Origin: Gammaproteobacteria bacterium
GTDB lineage: Bacteria > Pseudomonadota > Gammaproteobacteria > Ga0077536
Length of the DNA stretch: 64,000 nucleotides
Assembly: GCA_963662545.2 (NCBI GenBank)
Contig: CAXXLL010000002.1
Span: forward strand, 2,432,001-2,496,000
Direction of reading: 5' to 3'
In this document: piece by piece, positions 1 to 10,511 of the stretch
Numbering within the stretch: the stretch's first letter is position 1
Layout of the letters: every line of letters begins with the position of its first letter
The notes under the pieces: generated by a model
The model's database searches: none
The model's input: only the letters and a program-made list of their open reading frames with translations
Told to the model about the DNA's origin: nothing
Translations under genes and position numbers: made by a program

Positions 1-871
1 CCGCCGCATTCGCCATCGTCACCGCATTGACAAGATCGTTGCCAGCCGCCATTGCGACCGCCATCACCGCGCTGACCGTGTCGCCCGCACCCGTTACGTC
101 GTATACGTCGCGCGCCTGCGCCTGCAGGTGAACGGCCTCCCCCGATGCGGGAATCAGCGTCATTCCGTCTTCTCCCTGGGTCACCAGCACGGCTTCGAGA
201 TCGAGGTCGCAACACAGGTCAACGGCTTTGCTCGCAATCTCCCGATCATTCAAACAATGGCCGACGACCGCTTCGAATTCGCGCAAGTTGGGCGTAATCA
301 ACGTGGCGCCCGCGTAGCGGCCGAAATCCGTGCCCTTGGGATCAACGATGATCGGTTTGTCCGCACCGACGGCAGCGGCGATGATGTCAGGCACCCGGGT
401 CACGGAGCCCTTGGCGTAATCAGAAACGACCAAGATATCCGCCGCTTCGAGCTGCCGACGTACTGCTTCGAGAATGTCGCCGGACAAATCTACCGGGGCT
501 TTTTCTTCAAAATCCACCCGGATCAACTGCTGATGTTGACTGATCACCCGGAGCTTTACGTTTGTCGGGCACCCCTGGGTTCTGACCACGTCCGTCTCGA
601 TGCCGCATGCTCGACACAATTCGAGGAGTGTGTCACCGCGGTCGTCGCAGCCGAGCACCCCCACGAGCGTGGTTCGGGCACCTAGCGAAACCGTGTTGGC
701 GGCGACGTTGGCCGCACCGCCGATGCGTTCCTCGACATGGGTGATACGGACGATAGGGACCGGTGCTTCAGGAGAAATTCGCTGCGTGGCGCCGTACCAG
801 TAGCGGTCCAAAATCAGGTCGCCGACGACCAGCACTTTTGCTGATTTCATTTCAAGTAATCGCCGGTCCAT
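1..871 (-). CDS. hldE: Bifunctional heptose 7-phosphate kinase/adenylyltransferase HldE (kinase domain; runs off window start)
   Basis: Manual translation of the minus strand: MDRRLLEMKSAKVLVVGDLILDRYWYGATQRISPEAPVP ... ARDVYDVTGAGDTV, the RfaE/PfkB kinase motifs. Not in the ORF track because it is truncated. Confidence 0.9.
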   Translation of the reverse strand, partial: MDRRLLEMKSAKVLVVGDLILDRYWYGATQRISPEAPVPIVRITHVEERIGGAANVAANTVSLGARTTLVGVLGCDDRGDTLLELCRACGIETDVVRTQGCPTNVKLRVISQHQQLIRVDFEEKAPVDLSGDILEAVRRQLEAADILVVSDYAKGSVTRVPDIIAAAVGADKPIIVDPKGTDFGRYAGATLITPNLREFEAVVGHCLNDREIASKAVDLCCDLDLEAVLVTQGEDGMTLIPASGEAVHLQAQARDVYDVTGAGDTVSAVMAVAMAAGNDLVNAVTMANAA

Positions 872-952
872 TGCTTCTTCGCAGCACCGTGAATGCAGCC
901 GCCCGGAACGGGTTTGACTTGCCATTTAGGGCCAGAATTCTAACATGGCTGC

Positions 953-1693
953 ATGAATGCACTCAGAATTTCGCGCTGGCTCATGCTCCTGCTCGTCGCC
1001 GTGGTCCCCCGGCATGGAGCGGCGATCGAGATCGCGCCCTATAACGCGGTCTATGACATTTCTAAAGGCGTGCTCAAACTCGGAACCATGCGGCGGCATC
1101 TCGATTTCGGTCGCAGCGGCGCATACATCTTCGAGTCGCGTATCGAAATGCGCGGGCTCGCCACGCTCTTCGGCGCCGACGAAATCAGCGAAACGAGTCG
1201 CGGCCGCTTCGACGGAGCGCGATTCCTCCCGGAGCATTACGAATACGAGAGAACCGGCGGCAAACGCAATTTTTCATTGCATTTCAACTACCAAACGGGA
1301 ATCGTCCGAAGCTCCGACCGAGCTAGCGACTGGGTTGCCGAAATGCCGGTCAACGTCCTCGACAAGCTGGTCTATCAGGCGCAGCTTATGGTCGATCTGA
1401 GCGCCGCGCCGGATTCATTGAATTACGATATTGCCGACCAGGGTAAACTAAAAAAATACGTCATCAGGAACCTCGGCTGGGAAAAAATTCAAACGACCGC
1501 CGGCCACTTCGATACCATCAAGCTGCAGCGCTCGAAGGAAGGTTCGAAGCGCCAGACTACAGTGTGGTGTGCCGCCGAGTTAGCCTGGATACCGATCAAA
1601 GTCGAACATCGCGATAAGAAAGGCCGTCTTACCACCGCCCTCCTACGATCGATCGAGCAACACTCACTCGTCGTCGATTCGAGCAAGCAGTGA
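953..1693 (+). CDS. DUF3108-like exported protein
   Basis: Signal peptide, beta-rich body, C-terminal TTAGHFDTIK...TTVWCAAELAWIPIKV pattern typical of DUF3108. Confidence 0.7.
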   Translation: MNALRISRWLMLLLVAVVPRHGAAIEIAPYNAVYDISKGVLKLGTMRRHLDFGRSGAYIFESRIEMRGLATLFGADEISETSRGRFDGARFLPEHYEYERTGGKRNFSLHFNYQTGIVRSSDRASDWVAEMPVNVLDKLVYQAQLMVDLSAAPDSLNYDIADQGKLKKYVIRNLGWEKIQTTAGHFDTIKLQRSKEGSKRQTTVWCAAELAWIPIKVEHRDKKGRLTTALLRSIEQHSLVVDSSKQ

Positions 1694-4504
1694 TTCAGCT
1701 TCTTTTCGAAAGGAAAATTCCTCGTGCTGCGACAGGATCGCTTGGAGTTGTTTGCGCGCGGCGTTTGACTGCCCGGAATCAGATAGCGCGCTCGCCAGAT
1801 GGTAGGCGATGTCCGGATTGTCGGGGGCGATTTCGAGTGCTTTGCGCAACAGGTCCAAGCCCTGTTCGTGCTGCTCTTGCGAAAACAAAATCCATCCATA
1901 GGTGTCCATGATCTCCGGTTGTCCCGGCGCCAGCTCGTGCGCACGCCGGGCGAGATCCAAGGCCCTGTCGTCCTCGGCTTCGTGGTACAACCAGGCAAGG
2001 TTGTTGAGCACGACCGGGTTTTTGCCCTGCGCCTGCAGCATGCGCTCGTACTCCGGAATCGCGTCCGATCCGGCGCCGCGCTGCTGCAGATACGAGGCAT
2101 GGACCAAGCGCACCTGGAAATCGTCCGGGTGCTTGTCTAACCATCTCACGAGGCGATCACCGCCGCGTCCCGAAGCCCGCTCAACGCCGTCGAGTTTCAT
2201 GACATTCGCCGAAGTCGGCACCATCTCGTGGGCGCGGGCATATGCCTCGATGGCGTGCTCGAGCTCTTTCTGAGCCGCGTGCATGTCGCCCTGCAGCTCG
2301 TGTCCCGCGGCTGCGTTTTCTTTACTCAACAACAGGGATTCGACGATCGAGCGGGCCGCGTCGAAATCCTTGCGTCGGATTGCCAGACGTCCCAGCAGAA
2401 TCTTGGCGCCGACGTTATCCGGTGCAGCCCGGGCAATACGTTTGAGCGTTTCGGTCAGACCCTGCTCGTCACCGAGCTGATTGTAGATATTGGCGAGCAG
2501 TTCCAAGCCCTGCAGTGAATCCGGTATTCGAGCCGTCAGTGCCCGGGCAGCTTGCAGCGCCTCGTCGAACGATCTGATCTGCAGCATAATCGAGGCGTAT
2601 TCCGCCTGAACCTGCACCGCAAACGGTGCCAGGCGATACGCTTCTTTTACGAGGGTTTCGGCGAGCGTCAGACTATTTCTAGCGCGGTAGTGCTTGGCGA
2701 GCAACAGCCGCGGGGCGACGGCGTCAGGATTGTGTTCTCGTGCGAGCTGCCAAAGGCGTTCGGCTTCATCGAGGTCGCCGTCCTGCAAGGCCAACGCGGC
2801 CAGGCCCATCAGGGCAAACGGGTGGAACGTCTCGATGTTGAGCACTTCCTGGAACCGCTTTGCGGCCAGCTCCAGGTCGCCCGCGTTGACGGCCAAGCGC
2901 GCCAGGTTAATGCGCGCCGGGTGAAAATTCTGATCGTAGCTGAGAGCGGTATCGTAGGCTTGGGCAGCGCCGTCTAAATCACCGCTGAGTTCAAGAATGT
3001 AGCCGTGAACATTTTGCCCCAGAGCACTTTCCGGACGTTTCGCCAGGAGGCCCTGCGTTACGGCAAGTGCCTTGTCCGGTTTCTGCTGCGCGACATAGGC
3101 AAGCGCCAGCATGATATCGGCCTGTACGAAATCGGGAGTTTCCTCGATAATCGCTTCGAGGTCGCTGATCGCCTCCTCAATTTTACCCGAGGAAATCTTG
3201 CTCAGCGCCAATTGGGTGCGGATCGGCACCGAATCGGGAGCTAGTTCGGCGGCACGTTCGAGACTGTCCTGACTGTCCTCGAACTTGCCGTGCTTTAAAT
3301 ATGCCGTGCCGAGTAAAGCGAGCAATCCTGGGTCTTGTATCGACTCGCCGGAGCGCGCTGCTTTACCGATTTCTTCGAGACCGTCGAGTCGACCGGACGC
3401 GAGCTGAATGGCACCGATCATACGTCGGGCTGCTGCGTTATTAGGTTCAATTTCGAGCAGACGGCTGACGTAGTCTTGCGCACGCGTAAATTCACCTTGG
3501 GTGAAATGCACTTTTGCAGCCATCACCAGGCTCTCGCGGTGCATGGGAGCTACCTGCAGCACCCTGCGCAGTTCGCGTAGCGCCGAATTGTGATCACCCC
3601 TCTCATCGGCGATCCGCGCGCGCAGAAAATTCACGCGCGGGTCTACCGCTTCTCTTTTGCCTGTTTCGTCCAGATGATTCGACGCCAGGTCGAGTTCGCC
3701 CAGGATAAGGAATGCCCGGGCTATGCCCATGTGCGCCATCGGATTCTGGGGGGACAGATCGAGCGCTCGCTGGAAGGAATCTCGCGCCGCTTCAGCGTTT
3801 TTTTCATATAAATCGAGTTCACCCTTGATGATCCATAATTCCGGATCGGACGACTTAGATATGAGCAGGGTCTCAACTTCGCTTCGAGCGAGCGCCGCGT
3901 TGCCCGCGGAAAGCTCAGCCCGCATCAGGCCGCGCCGGGCCTGTTCGTTTTCGGGGTCCTCGGCAAGAACGTCTTTGAAAGCCGCCCGTGCGTCTTCCAA
4001 GCGCTGCTGGGCCAGGTCCAGCATGCCGCGCAGTATCAGCCATTTCGGTTTTGTCGTGTCGCCGTATATCGCGATTTCCGTAGCCGCTTCGTCGAACTTT
4101 CCCGTGACGATCATCGACTGCACGATTCCGAGGTCGACCTCCACGCTTCGCTCACCCATTTCCCTCGCCTTTTCCAGTTCTTTTAATGCCGCGGCGGGGT
4201 TTCCGGATTCGAGATAAGCACGCCCGAGAAGGAATCTCGCGCCGGCGTCTGTCTTGTCGCGCGAGACGACGTTTTTGAGATTGATGATCGCGCTCGAAAA
4301 ATCGCCCGCGGCGAACTGCTGCTCGGCCTCAGCAATCAACTCACTCGGATCTATCCGCCCTTGCAAGCGAAGAAAGACGGCCACGGCTATTACCGCGACG
4401 GCAAGTACCAAGACCGCCGCGATCGTCCGTTTGCGAGCCGGCCGCTTGCGTTTCTTACGCGACGCCGTCCCTTTTTCGCGATCACTCATTACTTTATTCC
4501 GCAC
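1664..4504 (-). CDS. PrsT-like (PEP-CTERM system) large TPR-repeat protein
   Basis: 946 aa of TPR repeats; AIINLKN...ARFLLGRAYL near the N-terminus and LNNLAWLY...DTYGWIL...YHLA at the C-terminus; basic N-terminus plus one TM helix. Confidence 0.75.
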   Translation of the reverse strand: MRNKVMSDREKGTASRKKRKRPARKRTIAAVLVLAVAVIAVAVFLRLQGRIDPSELIAEAEQQFAAGDFSSAIINLKNVVSRDKTDAGARFLLGRAYLESGNPAAALKELEKAREMGERSVEVDLGIVQSMIVTGKFDEAATEIAIYGDTTKPKWLILRGMLDLAQQRLEDARAAFKDVLAEDPENEQARRGLMRAELSAGNAALARSEVETLLISKSSDPELWIIKGELDLYEKNAEAARDSFQRALDLSPQNPMAHMGIARAFLILGELDLASNHLDETGKREAVDPRVNFLRARIADERGDHNSALRELRRVLQVAPMHRESLVMAAKVHFTQGEFTRAQDYVSRLLEIEPNNAAARRMIGAIQLASGRLDGLEEIGKAARSGESIQDPGLLALLGTAYLKHGKFEDSQDSLERAAELAPDSVPIRTQLALSKISSGKIEEAISDLEAIIEETPDFVQADIMLALAYVAQQKPDKALAVTQGLLAKRPESALGQNVHGYILELSGDLDGAAQAYDTALSYDQNFHPARINLARLAVNAGDLELAAKRFQEVLNIETFHPFALMGLAALALQDGDLDEAERLWQLAREHNPDAVAPRLLLAKHYRARNSLTLAETLVKEAYRLAPFAVQVQAEYASIMLQIRSFDEALQAARALTARIPDSLQGLELLANIYNQLGDEQGLTETLKRIARAAPDNVGAKILLGRLAIRRKDFDAARSIVESLLLSKENAAAGHELQGDMHAAQKELEHAIEAYARAHEMVPTSANVMKLDGVERASGRGGDRLVRWLDKHPDDFQVRLVHASYLQQRGAGSDAIPEYERMLQAQGKNPVVLNNLAWLYHEAEDDRALDLARRAHELAPGQPEIMDTYGWILFSQEQHEQGLDLLRKALEIAPDNPDIAYHLASALSDSGQSNAARKQLQAILSQHEEFSFRKEAESLLARIDDE

Positions 4505-4529
4505 TCCGCATTCGCTGCGGAACTTCGTT

Positions 4530-5255
4530 TCAAATCTTGTCCGCCTGCAACATGTTGATCAGTTCTGCTACAGGTATGTAGCCACCGATTTGCTCCCCTT
4601 CATCAGTGTACACGGCGGGCGTTCCCGATACGCCCATCGCCTGGCCCATACCGAATTGTTCGGCGACTGGATGGTCGCAGCTTTTCGCATACACGGGTTT
4701 GCCGGCTTTCGCAGCAGTCATCGCTTTCTTTCGATCTGCAGAGCACCACACGGCCGCCGCTTTCTTGAACGAGTCACCTTCGAGCCCGGATCGCGGAAAC
4801 GCTAGATAACGAATCGCAATTCCCGCTTTATTCAGCTCGGCCATCTCACGATGCATCTTGCGGCAATAGGTGCAATCGACGTCGGTGTAAACGTACAAAG
4901 TCTTCTTGAGGTCGGGCTTGCGTGGCGCGAACTCTACATAGTCGTGGGGATCCAAGCGGTTGAACACGTCTTTTCTGGCCGATGCCCGCTTTTCGTCGGA
5001 CACGTTGACGCGCTTGTCGAGGTCGATGATATCGCCACGCATGACGTATCGGCCATCTTCACTCATATAGATTAGCGATGGCCCCAGCATGATTTCATAG
5101 ATGCCCTTGATAGGCGAAGGAGATACTGACGTCACCGTGGTGTCATCGAAAAACTGTTGGACTTTTGCTTTCAAGCGCTCGGTCACCGCGTCGGCGGCGG
5201 CGGCCTCCAAAGATACGGCGGCCGCAAAGAAGAGCATTACTAAACACTTCATCAT
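4530..5255 (-). CDS. dsbC: Thiol:disulfide isomerase DsbC
   Basis: Signal peptide, dimerisation domain, TDVDCTYCRKMH, YLAFPRSG and GTPA motifs. Start taken at ATG 5255 after GAGGTAGGG. Confidence 0.9.
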   Translation of the reverse strand: MMKCLVMLFFAAAVSLEAAAADAVTERLKAKVQQFFDDTTVTSVSPSPIKGIYEIMLGPSLIYMSEDGRYVMRGDIIDLDKRVNVSDEKRASARKDVFNRLDPHDYVEFAPRKPDLKKTLYVYTDVDCTYCRKMHREMAELNKAGIAIRYLAFPRSGLEGDSFKKAAAVWCSADRKKAMTAAKAGKPVYAKSCDHPVAEQFGMGQAMGVSGTPAVYTDEGEQIGGYIPVAELINMLQADKI

Positions 5256-5699
5256 TTCCCTACCTCGAGTGGGCCAGAACGGCATTCTAGCAGGCTGTCG
5301 GACATCGAATGAACCTGCTCGGTAACTGCTCCTGCGTTGCTCGACCGAGTGCATCCATGCAGTCGTACGGCCTGGGCGAGCGGTTCAGATGCGCCATGGT
5401 TTTGTTCAGCGCATCCCTGCGCTTCATCGGTAAGAAGATGACGTGAACATCTATTTCCGACGAATTTTTATTCACAATGTCCCGCAGCTCACCGCAAACC
5501 GTCGCGCATCCGTTCTCACTTTCCCACGCGCATCGCGACTAGCCACCAAAGTCCGACGGCTACTACTGGGACTGCTTCGCTCCGCGCGTGTTCCCGCATC
5601 ACCGGTAATTCCATCTATAATCCCGGGAAGCGCCACAAGACACTACCTAGAGAAATATGCCACCCGCCGCTCCTTGCGTACCCCGATACCGCCCGAACT

Positions 5700-7010
5700 A
5701 TGAGCAGCACTGACAGCGACAGCCTGGAAGGATCCTCGCTCGGCAAGTATCAGATCCTGAAAAAGATCGGCGCCGGCAACATGGCATCGGTCTATCTCGG
5801 TCACGACCCTTTCATCGATCGCCCGGTCGCCATCAAGGTCGCCAGTCCGGACAAGCTTCCCGGGGATGACGACGGCGAACTCTACAAGCAATTGTTCTTC
5901 AACGAGGCGCAAACCGCGGGACTGTTGAAGCATCCGAATATCACCGCCATCTACGACGCGGGTGTGGACCGTGACTGTTATTACATCGTCATGGAATATG
6001 TTCACGGCGGAGATACCCTCGAGCGTCACACCATGATCGACGACCTGCTTCCAGTAGAGGTGGTTACTTCGATTCTTTATCAATGTGCCATGGCGCTCGA
6101 ATACGCGCACAAAAAGGGTGTGGTGCATCGAGATATCAAACCCCGAAACATCCTGATGACCGAGGAGCTAGAAGCGAAGATCACGGACTTTGGCGTGGCC
6201 GTAGCGCCGAGCCGCCACGCCGGCACCTCACCAAAGCACGCCGGCTCCCCTTTGTACATGTCCCCTGAACAGATACGCCGCGAGGAGGCCGTGGCGGGCA
6301 GCGACCTTTTTTCGCTCGGCATTGTTGCCTATGAATTACTCACCGGGAAACACCCGTTTAAAGCGGGAAGTATCGATGCGATCGAGTATCAGGTACTGAA
6401 CACCAACGCGGTGCCGCTGGACGAGTTGCGCGACGACATCCCAGCGATATACCAGCGGATAGTCGACAAGGCCCTCGCGAAAAACGTAGATCAGCGCTAC
6501 AAGTCGGGTCTCGATATGGCCGGCGACATATCGCTTGTCTACGACTTTCTGAAGCAATCGTCGTTCAAACTGACGCAGCAGGAAAAGTACAACCAGGTCG
6601 AAGCGCTGCACTTTTTTAAGGACTTTCAAGATGCGGACTTATGGGAGCTGATCAACGCAGCGGAATGGCTGCGGCTCAAGAAGGACAAGGAAATCGTCGA
6701 AGAGGGGCAGACCGACACCTCGTTCTATGTACTCATCAACGGCGAAGTGTCGGTCAACAAGGGCGGACGCGAAATCGTTCGCCTTGAACCCGGCGATTGC
6801 TTCGGCGAGATGGGTATGATTTCCCGTCGTCCACGTACGGCGACCATTATCGCGGCAACGGAAGTGCTAGTAATGAAATTACGCGACTCCGTGATCGATC
6901 GGACCTCTATCAACTGCCAATTGCGTTTTCAGCGGCAGTTCCTGATTGCTCTCATCGAGCGGCTAGAACATGCGACTGAACTGATCGCAATCGGCGACAA
7001 CGACCGCTGA
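5700..7010 (+). CDS. Hanks-type Ser/Thr protein kinase with C-terminal cNMP-binding domain
   Basis: GAGNMASVY, VAIK, HRDIKPRN, DFG, GSPLYMSPEQ; C-terminal CFGEMG...RPRTAT cNMP signature; no TM helix. Confidence 0.9.
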   Translation: MSSTDSDSLEGSSLGKYQILKKIGAGNMASVYLGHDPFIDRPVAIKVASPDKLPGDDDGELYKQLFFNEAQTAGLLKHPNITAIYDAGVDRDCYYIVMEYVHGGDTLERHTMIDDLLPVEVVTSILYQCAMALEYAHKKGVVHRDIKPRNILMTEELEAKITDFGVAVAPSRHAGTSPKHAGSPLYMSPEQIRREEAVAGSDLFSLGIVAYELLTGKHPFKAGSIDAIEYQVLNTNAVPLDELRDDIPAIYQRIVDKALAKNVDQRYKSGLDMAGDISLVYDFLKQSSFKLTQQEKYNQVEALHFFKDFQDADLWELINAAEWLRLKKDKEIVEEGQTDTSFYVLINGEVSVNKGGREIVRLEPGDCFGEMGMISRRPRTATIIAATEVLVMKLRDSVIDRTSINCQLRFQRQFLIALIERLEHATELIAIGDNDR

Positions 7011-7089
7011 GGAAAGGCGACCTGTCTTTGTTTAAAACCTGTCTCATAATGATCCGCGTGTGCGCTGAACGGAATACCCGCTGAACGCA

Positions 7090-8841
7090 ATGCAGCTCAT
7101 TTCCGTCGAGAGAACCGTCAATCTGCTCGTCAAGCAGGGCGCGTTATCCAAAAATCAAGTGGCCCAGATTACCCGGGCTACGATTCCCGACGACCAACGT
7201 CATCCATTCGTTCAGATCGCAGATCTCGGCCTGCAGACAAGTGGCAACTCGCGCGAGCCGCTATCGCTTGAAGCAGTGACGCGATTGTGTGCAGATGCAT
7301 GCGGCATACCCTATTTTAGAATTGACCCACTGAAAACCGAAGTGGAAGCGGTCACCTCGTTGTTGTCCCAGGCCTACGCCACTCGCTTCGATTTCCTGCC
7401 GGTGGTCGTGAACGCTCGCGAAGTCACCATCGCGACGGCCGATCCGTTCTCCGATGAATGGGAAAACGAGGTTGCGCGCGTGCTCAATCGCAAAGTCGTG
7501 CGTGTCCTCGCTAATCCCAAGGATATCGAGCGGTACCGGCGTGAATTCTATGGGGTCAGCCGCTCGATATCGGGCGCCAGCAACAAAAGTGTCCAGAACG
7601 ACGCAAGCATTGTCAGCAATTTCGAACAGCTGACGGAACTCGGGAAAGTGGGCGAGCCCGACGCTAACGACCGACACATCGTGCATCTTGTGGACTGGCT
7701 ATTGCAGTACGCGTTCGACCAACGGGCAAGCGACATCCATATCGAACCGCGGCGCGAACAAAGCAACATCCGTTTCCGGATCGACGGCGTACTCCATTTG
7801 ATCCATCAGCTGCCCACCGCGGTAATCGGCGCTATTACCAGCCGGATCAAATCACTCGGGCGTATGGATATCGCTGACAAGCGCAGACCGCAGGACGGGC
7901 GGGTGCGCACCAAAACGCCCGCCGGACAAGAAGTGGAACTGCGCTTGTCAACAATGCCTACGACATTTGGCGAAAAACTCGTATTGCGCATATTTGACCC
8001 CGAAAAGCTCGCACAACCGATTGAAAATCTCGGATTTACCAAGCACGACTTGACCCTGTGGAACGACATCGTGAGTCAGCCTCACGGCGTGATCCTGGTG
8101 ACCGGTCCCACGGGCTCGGGCAAAACCACAACCCTGTACTCCGCTTTAAAGCGCCTCGCGTGTCCAGAAATCAACGTCTGCACCATTGAAGATCCGATCG
8201 AAATGGTCGAGCCGCAGTTCAATCAAATGCAGGTCCAACCGACAGCTGATATCGACTTCGCGCGCGGTGTGCGTACGCTGCTTCGCCAGGATCCGGACGT
8301 CATCATGATCGGCGAGATACGCGACCTGGAAACAGCCGAGGTCGCTATACAGGCAGCGCTGACCGGCCACCTCGTACTCTCGACCCTGCACACCAACGAT
8401 GCACCGGCAGCGATCACACGATTAATGGACATTGGCGTCCAGCCTTACCTCATCGGCGCCACTCTACTAGGCGTTGTCGCCCAGCGCCTCGTCCGAACTT
8501 TGTGCCCGCATTGCAAGCAACGCGGCACGATCTCCAAGGAAGCCTGGAACGGCCTGGTGAGTCCAACCCGCGTGAAATGTCCGGACGTAACGATGATCGC
8601 GAAAGGCTGCGACGAATGCCGCCACACTGGCTTCCGCGGCCGCGAAGGTATCTACGAAATACTCAAGGTTAACGAAACACTTTCCGCCTTGATACGGCCG
8701 CATGCAAACAGTGCCGAACTTCGTCGAGTCGCACTGGAACAAGGGATGCGGCCCTTAATGATCTCGGGTGCGAACAAAATAGCCGCGGGCAAGACCACCC
8801 TCGAAGAAGTGATCAGCGTCGTTCCGCCGACCGCGGGCTAG
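7090..8841 (+). CDS. GspE/PulE/PilB-family secretion ATPase
   Basis: ASDIHIEP, Walker A GPTGSGKTTT, DPDVIMIGEIRD, STLHTND, CPHC...CDEC zinc motif. Confidence 0.92.
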   Translation: MQLISVERTVNLLVKQGALSKNQVAQITRATIPDDQRHPFVQIADLGLQTSGNSREPLSLEAVTRLCADACGIPYFRIDPLKTEVEAVTSLLSQAYATRFDFLPVVVNAREVTIATADPFSDEWENEVARVLNRKVVRVLANPKDIERYRREFYGVSRSISGASNKSVQNDASIVSNFEQLTELGKVGEPDANDRHIVHLVDWLLQYAFDQRASDIHIEPRREQSNIRFRIDGVLHLIHQLPTAVIGAITSRIKSLGRMDIADKRRPQDGRVRTKTPAGQEVELRLSTMPTTFGEKLVLRIFDPEKLAQPIENLGFTKHDLTLWNDIVSQPHGVILVTGPTGSGKTTTLYSALKRLACPEINVCTIEDPIEMVEPQFNQMQVQPTADIDFARGVRTLLRQDPDVIMIGEIRDLETAEVAIQAALTGHLVLSTLHTNDAPAAITRLMDIGVQPYLIGATLLGVVAQRLVRTLCPHCKQRGTISKEAWNGLVSPTRVKCPDVTMIAKGCDECRHTGFRGREGIYEILKVNETLSALIRPHANSAELRRVALEQGMRPLMISGANKIAAGKTTLEEVISVVPPTAG

Positions 8842-8856
8842 GCCGTTTCGCCCTTC

Positions 8857-9744
8857 TTAGCCACGCGGGTGATGCTTCGCGTGCAACGATTTCAGGCGTT
8901 CAGTTGCAATGTGGGTATAGATTTGGGTCGTCGAAATGTCGCTGTGACCCAGCAACATTTGCACCACGCGCAGATCGGCGCCGTGATTGAGCAGGTGGGT
9001 GGCGAAGGCATGCCTGAGCGTATGCGGCGACAACGTCGGACTCACACCGGCCTTGCGGGCGTACTTCTTGATCAGATACCAGAAAGCCTGGCGACTCATC
9101 GCACGGCCCCGTCGGGTAGGAAACAACGCCTCGGTAGGACGTCCTCGACAGAGTTCGGGTCGAGATTCATCCAGGTAGCGCTGGAGCCAGTCGAGCGCCT
9201 CTTCACCGAGCGGAACCAGGCGTTCCTTGCTGCCCTTGCCGATAACGCGAACCACGCCTTGGCGCAAGTTGATGCCGGTCAGTTCGATGCCTACCAGTTC
9301 GGATACCCGCAGTCCCGTTGCATACAGAACTTCCAGCATTGCCCGGTCCCGCAGGCCTATCGCCTTCGAGGGATCGGGCGCTTCGAGTAGCGCTTCGACG
9401 TCGCTTTCACTGAGTGATTTCGGCAATGGCCTACCGAGGCGCGGCGCCTCGAGCCGGACCGTCGGATCGGCGGCGATTACACGTTCGCGTACGAGATACT
9501 GGTAATACCGGCGCATGCTCGACAGGCGCCGAGCCTTGGTACGCGCCGAAAGGGCGTCAAGCTGCCCCATGAAATCGAGCAGGTCAGCTTCCGAAACCTC
9601 AACGGAATGGCCGCCTCGCGATTGTAGAAATCGAGTCAGGTTTTCGAGATCGTTCCGGTAGGCCAAAACCGTGTTTCGACTTAAGCCAAACTCGAGCCAG
9701 AGGTGATCAAGGAAATTGGAGAGGTATGTCGAATCCGAGACCAT
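8857..9744 (-). CDS. xerD: Tyrosine recombinase XerD
   Basis: RDRAMLEVLYATGLRVSELV, SPHTLRHAFATHLLNHGADLRVVQMLLGHSDISTTQIYTH, C-terminal HHPRG. Confidence 0.95.
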   Translation of the reverse strand: MVSDSTYLSNFLDHLWLEFGLSRNTVLAYRNDLENLTRFLQSRGGHSVEVSEADLLDFMGQLDALSARTKARRLSSMRRYYQYLVRERVIAADPTVRLEAPRLGRPLPKSLSESDVEALLEAPDPSKAIGLRDRAMLEVLYATGLRVSELVGIELTGINLRQGVVRVIGKGSKERLVPLGEEALDWLQRYLDESRPELCRGRPTEALFPTRRGRAMSRQAFWYLIKKYARKAGVSPTLSPHTLRHAFATHLLNHGADLRVVQMLLGHSDISTTQIYTHIATERLKSLHAKHHPRG

Positions 9745-9994
9745 CTCCGACCCCTGTTACTCGAATCGCCGAATGAACGTGAGTAGACCCATGCGAAGAT
9801 TATCGGCGTGTTTCGTTCACACCCGTAATAGAAGGCTGGTGCGATAAGCGGGCTTGCCTTTCACCCTTCGATTGCACACTCTATGGCACTGTCTATCACG
9901 ATCCGAGCCTGCGAATACGATGCTGGATGCATGGTTCACTCCCCGGCCGCTCGCGATCGAGCGAGTACAACGCACGCCAACAGAAAAGCGCGAG

Positions 9995-10288
9995 ATGGAT
10001 GAGCGGACTGCCTCTCTTACGCTCTACCATTACGATACGTGCATGTTCTGCGCGCGAGTACGCGAGGTCATCGACCTGCTCAGTCTCAAGATCGAGTTCA
10101 GGGACATCGTGCGGGATTCAATTTACCGGCGAGAACTGATCGACGGCGGCGGGCGCAGCACCGTTCCCTGCCTGCGCATCGTCGATTCATCCGGTCGCGC
10201 AACTTGGATGTACGAATCGATCGACATCATCCAGTATCTTGCCGAAGAATTCGGACGAGCGTCCGGGAACGAGGAGGCTGCCACTTAG
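9995..10288 (+). CDS. Glutaredoxin-like / GST N-terminal domain protein
   Basis: LYHYDTCMFCARV (CxxC), GGRSTVPCL, WMYESIDIIQYL. Start taken at ATG 9995. Confidence 0.8.
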   Translation: MDERTASLTLYHYDTCMFCARVREVIDLLSLKIEFRDIVRDSIYRRELIDGGGRSTVPCLRIVDSSGRATWMYESIDIIQYLAEEFGRASGNEEAAT

Positions 10289-10450
10289 GGAACCTCTGAA
10301 TAAGTCAGGGCCCATTTGCCTTGCGCCTGAAATCGCGGAGCCTTAACCAACGAACCTTGCCCATAGTCCCCGCTATGGCCTGCGATTCGTGCCTTGACCT
10401 GCTCCATTGCATGAACCATTCAGACGCACCATGGCTTATTCAGAGGTTTC
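10289..10450. mobile_element. MITE family A copy 1 (162 bp)
   Basis: Ends GGAACCTCTGAATAAGTC ... GGCTTATTCAGAGGTTTC; TTAG duplicated on both sides. Confidence 0.9.
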
Positions 10451-10511
10451 TTAGCCGGCCGTTGAAAATATCAACTTGGCATATTGCACACTCGCCAAAC
10501 GGGTGGCGGAA

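Noticed and set aside
128-685. Plus-strand 185-aa ORF and many similar overlapping ORFs in the track
   Set aside because: Shadow ORFs of well-supported genes on the other strand or frame, as expected in GC-rich DNA.
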